Below are positions 13,348-25,143 of a stretch of DNA of 64,000 bases, one piece after another. The notes under the pieces are model-generated. The model did no database searches. It was not told the origin of the DNA and saw only the letters and a program-made list of their open reading frames with translations. Numbering within the stretch: position 1 is the stretch's first letter; every line of letters begins with the position of its first letter. The DNA comes from Phoronis australis. Lineage: Eukaryota > Animalia > Phoronida. Made by a program: the position numbers and the translations under genes. The stretch is from assembly GCA_002633005.1 (NCBI GenBank), contig NMRA01000043.1, positions 530,902-594,901 of the forward strand, given 5' to 3'.

Positions 13348-13806
13348 GGGCCTTTCATACTAGTGTCGAGGCGTTGATGGATTGGGGAGTTGCCCGGTCC
13401 TGGATCGCAGCTAACAGCTCTAGTTAACATCGCAGTTAACAGGTAGATTTAATAGCACAGGGTCGACGCTGTGGTGCAGTATGAACGGTTAACTTCTGTC
13501 CAATTGAAGTTATCGCCAGGGGCCACTGTTATCGTCAATGGTAGTGGCGTCTTTCAATAGCTGCATATATTTTGCTCTAATAATAACCAATCCATATAAA
13601 AATAAGTTTAATGTCAATTAGCACACGTAAATGTTCCCAAACTGTCACATTAAAAAAAATCTTAGGGTGCAGCGCTACCTTGCGATAACTTCGATGACGA
13701 CAGCATCGCTCATTGTTCATTAACAACCGAAACAAGTATGAACGGTCCAGTTAACTGCGCTGTTTATGTTGACCTCCGACTAGAGTTAAGTCAGTATGAA
13801 AGGGCC
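13348..13806 (-). mobile_element. PIF/Harbinger-like MITE (family A), inverted copy
   Basis: TIRs GGGCCTTTCATACT / AGTATGAAAGGGCC; reverse-complement similarity to 24158-24618. Confidence 0.8.
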
Positions 13807-14879
13807 TAAAGACAGGTGTTTTAGAGCAGTATCCTTTGTCTTGTCAGCTTCACTCATAAATAACCTATTGGCACCTTTGTCTACAGACCTGCTAGCCATA
13901 CTGAATCATTGTAATTACAAGGATGCTGGCACAAAAGGTCGACAACAAATTCCAATGCCTCTGGGGCTAGCAAGTGTACTTTTAAACATTGATAAGTGCA
14001 CAGATGCAAATGCATAGATTGCTACCAATGGATGTTGCCACTTCCCGTTCACATTTGCTGAAACTCGGTTAAATGATTCATCTATGTTGTTTTTCATAGC
14101 GTCTATCTCAAAAGTATACCTCTGACTACTATCTCGCAATGTCCTCAAATGAAATAATATGACGTTCAATAAGTTGTCTTATGAATAGCAAATCAGAAAT
14201 TTAGAATGAATATGGAATAAAGTTATGAAACATGATGAGGTATGGCATCTAAAAAATTAGTTTAATTGCCTCAAGGTGGCACAGAATTTGGACTTAAAAC
14301 GGAGAGGTATTTGCTCCTTGGCTTGAGTTGATGTGTTAGGTTTTGTCTTGTTGTAGTCTTCACTCTGTTCATGACATGTCTGCTATTGATTTATACTCAG
14401 TTATCAGTCTATTCATAGACATGTCTAGTCATCAGGTATTGAAGTTAGTGTGGAAAGAACTGAATAATCAGTTTTCATTATATATCCTACATGATGTGCT
14501 GCAGTATTTAAGTTTGTACAGTAGTTTCATTTGAACAATTTACTGATTTTTTCACAATGGTAATATACTTCAGCTACTTTCATGAAAACTTGACTAAACA
14601 GGGTTACTTTTTGCAAGTGCTTTGGTGTCCTTCCCCCATTTTCTCACTTTATGTTATTCTGTTTGCTTATCGCTGAAATCACCTGATATGGTATCGTCCA
14701 TGGATTGGTAAATCTTCTGTTGTTCGCAGTGTTCTCCACAGTGTAATTCCAAACTCAACGCAAATATTTAGTAGCAGTTGTTGACATTGTTTCATTTCTA
14801 ATCATAACCATGGGTGTGCTGGAGGTTTTTATATGTGGTTTAAACAGTACACACCATGGATTTTTGCACATTTTGAATT

Positions 14880-16006
14880 ACCGGTGGCCACAAACTAAAT
14901 GTATGACGTAAAATTTAGCTAAACCCATGTTTATTTTGTGTAATTAGCTCGAAATTTTGATTTTTCTTTCAATTTTGCCAATTTTCACATTTCCCGCCAT
15001 GTGACGTCATGGGTTGAACACAAGAGATTAGTGACTAGCATTGAACAATGGCGGAAAGCAGGGAATTTGAAAGCGACGACGATTATGAGCAAAAATTGAA
15101 CGCATATTGTGAAGAAACGTACGGGAATGGTGGCCAGGATGAGGAAATGGGGTTGCACGAAAGCGAGAATAAGTTTAATGTGCTTCCGGCTGCATACTTT
15201 TCTACTTTGAGCCTTACGAACTGGATCCTCCCGCGAGAGAAGCGGCCACGGGCTCGGCGAGTCAACCCAGTCATCCAACAGTCAATCCTGAACTAAAAGC
15301 TGATGTTTCTGAATTATAAATATTGTCCTTTATTGAACCAGGCCTTCGTCGTATTGTCTCTTGTGACTGGAGTCGAAACGCGAGTCCTCAAAGTAGGCAG
15401 AACACAGAGTGGCCCCGGACCGAATCGCTTGGTCCACGATGACGTCCCACACTCTCGTTCGGCGCACGAAGCGATGCCACTTCTGCGCAACTTTGGTATC
15501 CTTCGGAACACTGAGACGTTCTCCGCCTGGCTACTGTTGCTGCAGCCTCCGGAAACACATCTGCGAACCTTCTCGACGCTAAATGTATTTTGCTTTCTCT
15601 TCACTCAATACACTGCATAACTCTCTGATCCGAACAGTAATGGCGAACGACTTGGGTTTAACCCATGACGTTGTACATAATTATTATTTTTTTCAATTTT
15701 TGTGTGTTTCTTTATGAGCTGTGCACTAAAGGCACTGAAATCTAGTAAGATATAATAATAAAATTTATTTTGAGGTACAAGAGTCATGTTGTGTACACTT
15801 TAAAACTGCACACTGCACTGGTGTGTCCTACTTTTTAGACACTTCAAAGTTTAGCTTTCCTACCAATATATCTCACAATTCCTCCAAAGCATTAACAGAC
15901 CCAGAGGATCAAACAAAAGATTAAAAGTTCTTTTAATAATATCAATGCCGATTTTACTATCAATTAGACATATTAAGTACTACTAACATGAGTTCTGATG
16001 TGACCT
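14880..16006. mobile_element. Kolobok-type non-autonomous relic (left boundary uncertain)
   Basis: Minus strand 15580-15330 encodes a frameshifted THAP domain (VRRCVSGGCSN...PKDTKVAQKWHRFVRRTR...LCSAYFEDS). Plus strand from 15048 gives an acidic N-terminus, then a frameshifted YFEP motif (15203-15214) as in KolX proteins. The two are convergent; candidate right end ...GATGTGACCT. Confidence 0.65.
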
Positions 16007-17169
16007 AGTTTTTAGTGACACCTGTTGTCAAGTTGAATAAGCTCATAAAAGCTCTAACTTGCCACTAGATGTCAGTCAAAATCAAAATTGTCTTTATTAA
16101 GCCAATTAAATTGTTTCTTCACGGATTGACTTGCAAAATTTTAAAGTTAGAATGACAAAGTAAATTAGACAATTGATTAAGCAAGCTAGATGACTCCATG
16201 AAATTTTTGTTATTTAAAGATTTTTGCAGATTTTATTAATGATAATTCAAACTCTTGTAGTGTCATACAAAGTTATACATATAGTGTTGACTGCCACTAA
16301 TATTCTGTAATGGGCTTGATGTTGGTTAATCAAACCCTGCTTTTAGTGTCGAGGGCTGAAATGCCAAGCCAGGCTAAAAGTGCAAACCTGACGCAGCAGC
16401 ACTTTTCAAACTCGAGGCGCATACGCAGCAAAATCCAAACTCGTTACAGCGACGAGTTAAAACAGGTCGTGGAGAACACTGGTTCGTCATATTCTTCCCA
16501 GTTTTCAGTATACAGTTTGTGTTATTTGACAGCTGTATTGCACTTTACTGTTAGATTTTTGTTGTTGAAAATTTCTAAGCACTTAGAGGATCTCTAAGGG
16601 GAACGGTGGCTGTACTCACTGAGAGGGAATTTTTGGTTAAGGGGAGAAGCCCCCCCCGTGTTTCACACCAATTGCACCTCCCCGTGCAACTGTCTAAAGT
16701 TGCTGATGGTACTAACTAGCATAGCTAAAACTAAGGTGTTGCACAAGTGATTCTGAGCTTGAGGTGAGTTTTTAAGTGAGTGGAGAATTTTGGGGTCTGA
16801 TTAAGCATGATTTTATAATACTTAATAGTTTTATGGGCCCACATATTTATATGTGGTCGCATATTGCCGTCATCTCTGTCTGTGCATCCGGGCGTCTGCG
16901 GCTGTATCTCCTAAACCCCTTGCAGGATCTTATTGAAATTTGGCAAGAGGTTCCTATGGGGTTGACGACAGAGGGCGACGAGTTTCGGACCGACCTGAAT
17001 ACCACTGTGCCCCCTAGTGGCAATTTTAATTTTTTACGTTTGCGTCTGTATCTTCAAAGGTCCTCAACCGATTTTCGTGAAATTTAGTACATAAGCATCT
17101 ATTAATGAGTTGACGCTATCCTCTTGTTTTTTGAATGGATTGGAGGCATTTTGCGCCACCTAGTGGCCA

Positions 17170-18492
17170 TTTTTATGCGCCCACATATTTATATGTGGAC
17201 GCATTATGCCGTCATCTCCGTCCGTCCGGGCGGCGTCCGGCGTCTGGCGTCCGGCGTCCGCTGCTCTATCTCCAAAACCCTTTGACATACGTTCATGAAA
17301 TTTGGCACATATGTTCCATTCATGAATGGGACGGCATGTGCGAACTTTCGAACGNNNNNNNNNNNNNNNNNNNNNNNNNNNNNNNNNNNNNNNNNNNNNN
17401 NNNNNNNNNNNNNNNNNNNNNNNNNNNNNNNNNNNNNNNNNNNNNNNNNNNNNNNNNNNNNNNNNNNNNNNNNNNNNNNNNNNNNNNNNNNNNNNNNNNN
17501 NNNNNNNNNNNNNNNNNNNNNNNNNNNNNNNNNNNNNNNNNNNNNNNNNNNNNNNNNNNNNNNNNNNNNNNNNNNNNNNNNNNNNNNNNNNNNNNNNNNN
17601 NNNNNNNNNNNNNNNNNNNNNNNNNNNNNNNNNNNNNNNNNNNNNNNNNNNNNNNNNNNNNNNNNNNNNNNNNNNNNNNNNNNNNNNNNNNNNNNNNNNN
17701 NNNNNNNNNNNNNNNNNNNNNNNNNNNNNNNNNNNNNNNNNNNNNNNNNNNNNNNNNNNNNNNNNNNNNNNNNNNNNNNNNNNNNNNNNNNNNNNNNNNN
17801 NNNNNNNNNNNNNNNNNNNNNNNNNNNNNNNNNNNNNNNNNNNNNNNNNNNNNNNNNNNNNNNNNNNNNNNNNNNNNNNNNNNNNNNNNNNNNNNNNNNN
17901 NNNNNNNNNNNNNNNNNNNNNNNNNNTTTTTTTTGCGCCCATGGTTGTATCTCCCAAACCGTTTGCAGGATCTTTACTAAATTTAGCAAGTGTATTGATG
18001 TGATGTTGACAACGGACGATGACGACTTTAGGATGATTCTGACTACCGGTATGCCTCTAGTGGCAATTTTAGTATTTGCCTCTAGTGGCAATTTATAGTA
18101 TTTTACATTGACCTCTGTATTTTCATAGGTCTTCAGGTGTATACTTTGTGTTACTTCGTGACTATGAAGGAAAAGTTCCAAGTAGAAATTTTTTTCTGGC
18201 ATTCTAATGCTATGCTAATCTCGTATGTTGGTAAATTTGTTTTTATTCTATGTTTCTGTGGTGCTTTAAGCAACTGGTGTATAGGATGTGCTTGTATTAT
18301 GAAGATTACTCAGACACATTTTGCCCCTAGCCTATTGAGGAGACAATGACCATGCCTTTCCATTTTGCTAAGTACAACATACTACATATATGCTCTCTAC
18401 TGGCCACTTTGTGGTACCAATAAACAACCCTAGAAGGATACCGTATGCGGTGCAATTGTGGGCGCATTTCAACGCTCTGCGTTGCTCTTGTT
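17170..18492 (+). mobile_element. HINE of the same family nested in the outer copy (spans the gap)
   Basis: 5' TTTTATGCGCCCACATATTTATATGTGGACGCAT followed by a (CCGT/CCGGCGT) microsatellite; 3' TGTGGGCGCATTTCAACGCTCTGCGTTGCTCTTGTT. Flanks rejoin to the host repeat unit. Confidence 0.75.
17355..17926. other. Assembly gap (572 N)
   Basis: Run of N inside the HINE array. Confidence 1.
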
Positions 18493-19694
18493 ACTGTTTT
18501 CGAGTCGTTTTTTTGGCGGCCGCCCCTCTAACAACCAAACCACTTTAAGGATAATTGTGAAAATTGGAATGTATGTTCTTACTCTGAGGAAGACTGTTGA
18601 TGATGATTTTCTGACGACTTCGACTACTGTGGCGCCTCCTAGCGGCAGTTTTGTTTGTTTTTGCTCCCATGGCTGTATCTCCTAAACTTTCCACAGGATC
18701 TTTATTAAATTTCGCAAATATATTTATATAAAGGTCACTACGGACGATGACGACTTTCAGACAGATCGGTGTACCTGTGTGTCCCCTAACGGCAGTTTTA
18801 GTTTTTTACGTTTACCTCTGTATCTTCAAAGGTCCTCTACGGATTTCCATAAAATTTGGCACATAGACATCTATTAGTGAGATGAGGCTATCCTCCTGTT
18901 TTCGGATGGATTTGTAGTTTGCGCCATCTAGTGGCCATTTTTGTTGTTTTCGAGTCTGTTTGTTGGCGTCCGTCCCTCTGTCAACCAAACCACTCTAAGG
19001 ATGATTGTGAAAGTTGGCATGTATGTTCTTTCTATGAAGGTGATGTTTGACGATGATTTTCCGATGACTTCGAGTACTGTGGTGCCTCCTAGTGGCGGTT
19101 TTGTTTTTTTTTTTGAACCCATACCTGTATCTCCTAAGCCCTCTGCAAGATTTTATTAAATTTAGCTTGTGTATTTGGTATATGAAAAGTTAACATAGAG
19201 AGGACGACGACTTTTAGACAGAACCGACGAGCACTGTGCCCCCCTAGTGGCAATTTCATTTTTTCGTTTTCTTTTATTTCTCTGAAGTTCCTCGATAAAT
19301 TTTAATGAAATTTGGTAAATGCCTTTCTTTTAAAGAAACAATGACATTTTCTGGTTTTCAGACGGATCCGGTGTATTTTGCACCATCTAGTGGCCATTTC
19401 GATGATTCAATCAAAAGCCCCTAAAAGCATACCATTTGCAATTTTGTGGGCGCATTTCAACGTTCCGCGTTGCTCTTGTCCAATGGGGAATGGATTCGAT
19501 ATTTGGCCCAAAATTGAGGCAGTTGGAATGCTTGCAGCTATGGTCCATGTTATGTATGTTCAGTTCAAGAATCCGAGCTAAATTTGTAATTTGTGATTGG
19601 TTTTTGAAACCGAGTAGATGTAAATGAGTCCTTTCTGATATGTTAAAATGGCGGAATTTGCCTTCTGGCTAGAGGACTATATGGTACAATGATT

Positions 19695-20032
19695 CTTTGA
19701 GATAAGCCCATGGGTGTGTATTCAGAAAATGAAAATTTTCAGGCATTTTAGTAACGCCAAGTAAACGCCCGCGGCCCGGGTGTTTGGAAAAGGGGGGCGG
19801 GTTAATGGAAAGTCATAGTTTGTTTTTAAATTTTATTTTAATAAATGCATAGCTCGCCAACACTGTTAGTTTTTATAATTTTTTCGAAAAGACGCCCCAC
19901 TATTTGGACACTTGACGCCGGAAGTTGTAACACCAAACAAACACCCATGTGCGTTTTTTTTCGGCATAATTTTCCGAATAAACGCCCATGGGTGTTTCAA
20001 TATGTGGGCTTTTCTACAGATAATCCTAGTAG
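19695..20032. mobile_element. Degenerate MITE-like repeat
   Basis: Recurrent AAACGCCC/GCCCATGGGTGT motifs and eroded inverted ends (GATAAGCCCA / TGGGCTTTTC). Confidence 0.4.
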
Positions 20033-20294
20033 CTGATAATAAAATTCTGCATTCTTGGGTGTACTTGATGATTTTTGACAATTTTTTAACCATCAAATTG
20101 TATCTGTTGTGCAGTGGGATATGCATACTAAAGTGTCTTAACATTTCATGTCAACTCTGTTCATCTTGCACTCCACAAATAGAAAGTGGGTCAAACAGAA
20201 GGCTCTTTTGTATTCGCAATGTGAAAGAGTTGTGTAGAATGTTTCCTATACCGGTTGGTTTTTGCCAAAGTGCTTCTACATTTTCACTAATTGT

Positions 20295-20398
20295 CAACTG
20301 ACATGGTTCTTTTAAATCTGACATGGTTATTTTAAATCTGACATGGTTATTTTACAACTGACATGGTTATTTTACAACTGACATGGTTATTTTACAAC
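20295..20398. repeat. Minisatellite, 20-bp unit x ~5
   Basis: CTGACATGGTTATTTTA(A/C)A(T/A) repeated in tandem. Confidence 0.95.
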
Positions 20399-20547
20399 AT
20401 TAAAAGGCTGGGGGCAAGTGATTTGTTACTCTAATCTACGGTAGTTAATTAAAGAGAAGTCACATGTCTACTTTTACAATTGGGCTTGATTAAAGACCCT
20501 AGTGTACTTGTTGGAGAAATATTGATGCATATAATTCTTGGCAATTT

Positions 20548-20980
20548 TAGTCCAGTTTAGACATCAACTGTTGGCCCAGCGCAACTGACACAGAGCAAAT
20601 TGACCCGTGTCAAGTGGCCGTTTACACACACAACTCACTAACTCACTAACTGTGGCAAGACGGAAATTGCAGGCTGGAGAGACTGGATCGCACATGCGCA
20701 GGTTTACAAATGACGAGAGTTGCAGAGACAAAGATTCCGTACGTAGGTCGTTAGGCAAGCGCAGTAGAGATTATCCTTTCTTCCTTGCCCCGATTTCGCG
20801 TTTAGACAGTTTATTGACATGGAGCATGATGTTCGGGCGCAAGTTGCTTTACCTCACAAACAGGTGGCAAAATTTGTCACCGCAGTGTCAGTTGGCTCCG
20901 TGTCAGTCCCATTTGCACACTGGAACAACTCGTTCCATGTCAGCTGATCCGTGTCAACTTTTGAAGTGTAAACGGCACTA
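20548..20980. mobile_element. TIR MITE flanked by 27-bp direct repeats
   Basis: Imperfect TIRs TAGTCCAGTTTAGACATCAA / TTGAAGTGTAAACGGCACTA (16/20 match) and a CpG-rich body. Confidence 0.7.
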
Positions 20981-23202
20981 TTGATGCATATAATGCTCGG
21001 CAATTGATGATTTTCGAAATAGCCTCCCTTTGGTTTTGATAATTATAATATCATACATGTCTTGCAAAAACATTTAGCAAAATTTCCTGAAAATATTTTT
21101 CTTTAGTAATTTTCCATATTGTGTCTCATACTGCTATTTATTGCTTTGTGGCCTCAAACTTTTAGTCTTGGGCTCAGAGTTTTCTTTTCACGCGTGGGTT
21201 CATTGACTTTAGTTTTAGAGCAGCATGCCTGACTCCAGGTATATTTAGTACATGCCAGTAGTATGCTTGAGCATGTCACATGTTGGGTTTAAATGTCATC
21301 AGTCTGTCATAATTATACCATAGGTTTGTTCAATGAGTAGTTGCTTGTAGACATGTAACAGTGGTCTTGTAGATTAGATTGACCTCATGAAGTGAGGTTG
21401 TATACCTCAGGTTATCCAGCTTGACAATGATAGACAAGTGATTTGTACAGCATTCTCTTGAAATCAAGGTCAAAATTAAATGAAATGTGGTGTCATATGC
21501 TGTGGTAGATTTAGATGTCAAGTGTTATGAAAATCCAGTCTGACTGTTTGAGTCGTATATTACAGTTACCCAGTAATCAATATTTATTTAAACTGAAGTT
21601 GTCAAGAGTTGTTTGCCTGGTCTTTTTCAATATCGTGTTCACACCAAAGCAGTTATAACGTTAAAAAAAGATTGAAAGGTTATAAATCTTGGCTGGAGCA
21701 CTTTAAAACCGGTTTCAAAAGTTGTAAGTGTAGCACATTCATGGTTTAGGGACAGGTTACCACTGTAACTCTGGACAAAAGTGAGAACTCAGTAGGTGGC
21801 ACTACTGTCAAATAGTGTTAGAATCAATGGGTGCACCAAAGCACCAAGTGAGGTGAATCTGATAGGGTTACAACCACTTGAACTGTAGGTGTGTAATGAT
21901 TACATAAGTTACAACTGCAGAAAAAGTTAGAAGCAGGTTTAGTTGGTCTCCACACAGCTAATATGTCACTTGGATGGAAGGAAAATGTTATTTCTGTGGG
22001 GCAGTATACAAACAACAGTAGCTCAGGTGCTAGTGACCAGTATAAAGTGTGACAAAAGACCTGACTAGGTATAGAAAGTAAATGAACTTTGTGGTGATTA
22101 GTTGTAAATCTGGCCAATGTCTGTGGGTGACTGAATGGCTGAGGCTGTGGTAATGGTCCATGTAGGTTCATAGTTGAGCCAGTGTGGTTATGGTCTATGT
22201 AGGTACATAGTTAAGCTAGTGTGACTCTGTTCACAACTGGTGAAGCAGTTTCACCCTCTGCTTAGCCGCCATGAACCAGAACAGGCTATGCTAGCTGAGT
22301 ACTAGTTGAATCTGACTTGTGGCCAGTCATGTGTTATAATGACTTGCATGAAAGCAACACCAAAACCATCTGGAACTGATGTCATAGACTGGGTGTTGAT
22401 ATCTTACCAGACCCATATAATGGATGCCAAAGCAGTGCAGAGGCCAGTTAGAGCTGTTCTCAGCAACTGTTGGTGAACCATTAGCATGTGCTAAATACAG
22501 GGTTGGATGAGTCAGATAGAGCAGATGTAAACAAACAGCAATATTGGCTGCTGTGTTGTTACACTGAAAGCTATGTCAGTGGAAACATTGAGATTGGACA
22601 CTGTGAGTTGGTTGGTTGTGGATTTCCAACCTCCCGGACTTGACTTTAAGTTTTAGTGGGGACTTGACTTTGAGCAAGTTATGTCATAGTGATGGAGTGT
22701 GGTCTTAGTTGGGAGCTATAAAGGGACAAGTGTACTTCCTGTTTGATGAGCATGCCTCATCGTCATTATCTGCGCTGGCAAGATATGATGTTAAATTGTA
22801 ATTCATTTTACCCGTAAAAGGATATATAGCTCGTTTCAATTCGACGTAAAAGGAAATCCACTGTTCCTGTTAAGCTGGGAGTGACTGCAGTGATATTAAT
22901 CTTATGACTGCAATGCTAGGAGGAACATATATGTTTTGCGCCATTGTGGAGATCTGCTCCATTTGGTATGCCATCGATGACCGTCTGTGTTGGAATAAAC
23001 CAATAACAAACTGATGCTATCTAAACTAATTGCTGAGAGATAGTGAATGTTTCTATTAACTGGGAAGTCTTTTAAGGCAAACAAACCACACACCATTGCT
23101 GGATGATTCACACTGTTTGTGTAGGAGAGTAAATGAGAACATTGCATATGGTGTACACACGTACAGTGAGTGACTCCACCTTAACTTGACCTGGTGCTGT
23201 TG

Positions 23203-23280
23203 ATGGCCACAGCGGCAGAGATGGAGGAAACCCGGCTGGAATCCTACCGAAGACGTCTGTCGGAATTTCTGGATCCGATT
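23203..23280 (+). CDS. NCK: Candidate alternative first coding exon of Nck (MATAAEMEETRLESYRRRLSEFLDPI)
   Basis: GC-rich, codon-like 78 nt ending ATT|gtaatt in phase 0. In frame with the stop-free 27 nt (VQAVSTRGK) that precede the ATG at 27409. The donor is weak. Confidence 0.45.
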
Positions 23281-23911
23281 GTAATTAGTGGTTATCAACA
23301 TTGCATTTAAGATGTAGTGAGGTGTGGCAGTTGTGACTGGCATCGTGTCTATGAATGCATCTTCAAAGTTTACTCAGCATGTACACAGTCTTGATGGAAG
23401 TTGGAAGTTTTTGATGGAATTGTTGCTATCTATAAATTGCTGTGGCATGCATTTGGTTCTACCCTGTCCCGATAGAGAATTTGTCAAAAACCTGCCAGTG
23501 GTTTTTTTTTGTAATTATGATAAGTGATGGTTGCCTGTCTTCTTAAGTTGGCAATTTACCTGCTGAAAACTTAAGATTACAGGCAATTTGCCAGTGGTAG
23601 TTGTGTCTGGGAAATTTCCCTGTTTCACTTTATTTCTGTTTGACAACATTTTCACCAACTGACGCTGTGTAAAACGTGCACTGTATGTGATATGTCATGT
23701 TCATGTGAATGTGATGGTGAATAAGATGTGTCTTGTTGGTTATCCCCTAAATTTGTTTTTCTAACATGACCAGGTGACAGTGTGGCTGTGTGGGCTTATG
23801 GTGCCTCACTGTTCGAAATACTTGACAAATTACATGTCAGGTTTTTTCAGTTGATGTGCTTTGGAACATGAAACAACATTAACTTTGTGATGATTCTATT
23901 ATATGCAGCAA

Positions 23912-23987
23912 GGGTTTTGATCAACAGAAAAAGGGTACCAGGCTTTGATCAACAGAAAAAAGGTACCAGGCTTTGATCAACAGAAAA
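23912..23987. repeat. Tandem repeat, 28-bp unit x ~2.7
   Basis: GGCTTTGATCAACAGAAAAAAGGTACCA repeated. Confidence 0.9.
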
Positions 23988-24157
23988 CATAGCTATTTTG
24001 CCAATTCGCAACTCAATAATCTATAGGTTGTGCTAGAGGTTCGTTCAGGATTTCAAAAATAGGTTGTCCAAATGTTTCTCTTTCTCAGTTTCTCAGGGTG
24101 TCCATGACCAGTGATGCGTGACTGGTTTTATAACCTCATGTCAAATTGCTGTTATAA

Positions 24158-24618
24158 GGCCCTTTCACACTGACTACTCCAGTCTGAACTGAGTGCAGTT
24201 AATTGGACCGTTCATACTTGCTTCGGTAGTTAATGAACATCGAAGAAAACAGGAGGTGACGCTGTCATTATTGAAATTACCGCAAGGTAGCGCTGCATGC
24301 TAAGGTTTTTTAAATGTGACAATTTGGGAACATTTACGTGTGCTAATTAACATTAAACTTATTTTTAAATCGATTGGTTATTATTAGAGCAAAATCCAAG
24401 CAGCTATTAGTGACGGCACTACCCTGTAATTGTTGATGATAACAGTGGCACCTGGTGATCACTTCCATTGGACCAAAGTTAACCGTTTATACTGCACCGC
24501 AGCGTCGACGCGGCGATGCTAACTGGAGCTGTTAACTTCGATTCAGGACCGGAGTTAAGCGTTCATACTGACTGCAACTCCCCAAACCATCGACACGTCG
24601 ACGTTAGTGTGAAAGGCC
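24158..24618 (+). mobile_element. PIF/Harbinger-like MITE (family A)
   Basis: TIRs GGCCCTTTCACACT / AGTGTGAAAGGCC, preceded by TAA; third copy of the family in the window. Confidence 0.8.
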
Positions 24619-25143
24619 TTGTAGTGTAGTATGATAGTGGAGACATTTGAGCCTGCAATAACGTTTATCATGTCTTACATCATAGATAAACAAAGTTTTT
24701 ATTCTCCTCAGACCAATGAGCTACTATTACTTAAGCAAGTCACCAATTCATGAAAAGCCTCAAAAATGACAAAAGTAGTTCCTTTACAAAAAACTCAGTC
24801 GTTGAGAATCAGAAAACTTGAAAATTTGTGTGTTTGATGTTACGTCATGATGTTATGAGTTTGTATTGTGGACTGCACTTGCCCAGAGCCGCGGGGAATT
24901 GTCAAACAACAAGAGCCTGTTTCATGCAAGTGAATATGCTTTTGCTCCCGATACACAAATGCTTCAGAAAGGTTTACCCAAGTAATGAGTGCATCACAGT
25001 CTAGAAATTGTAGTAATCATCTCGGTAACTAGCAGATGTTTGTATGTTCTCTGAGACTTTGCACTTTTGCTGGAGTGAGATTTGATTATCTTTCAGAAAT
25101 AGTTGTGTGCAACATAAGGTCAAATTTCAGGCTTAGGTCTTAG

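Larger units (their letters stand above)
16829..19479 (+). mobile_element. Helentron-associated non-autonomous element (HINE/DINE-1-like), outer copy
   Basis: 5' subTIR with inverted repeat TTTTATGGGCCCACATATTTATATGTGGTCGCAT, degenerate microsatellite, internal tandem units, 3' subTIR TGTGGGCGCAT and terminal hairpin CAACGTTCCGCGTTG-CTCTTGT. Confidence 0.8.

Noticed and set aside
17135-18202. Long ORFs of 225-332 aa in the ORF track
   Set aside because: Artefacts of translating through the 572-N gap inside a repeat.
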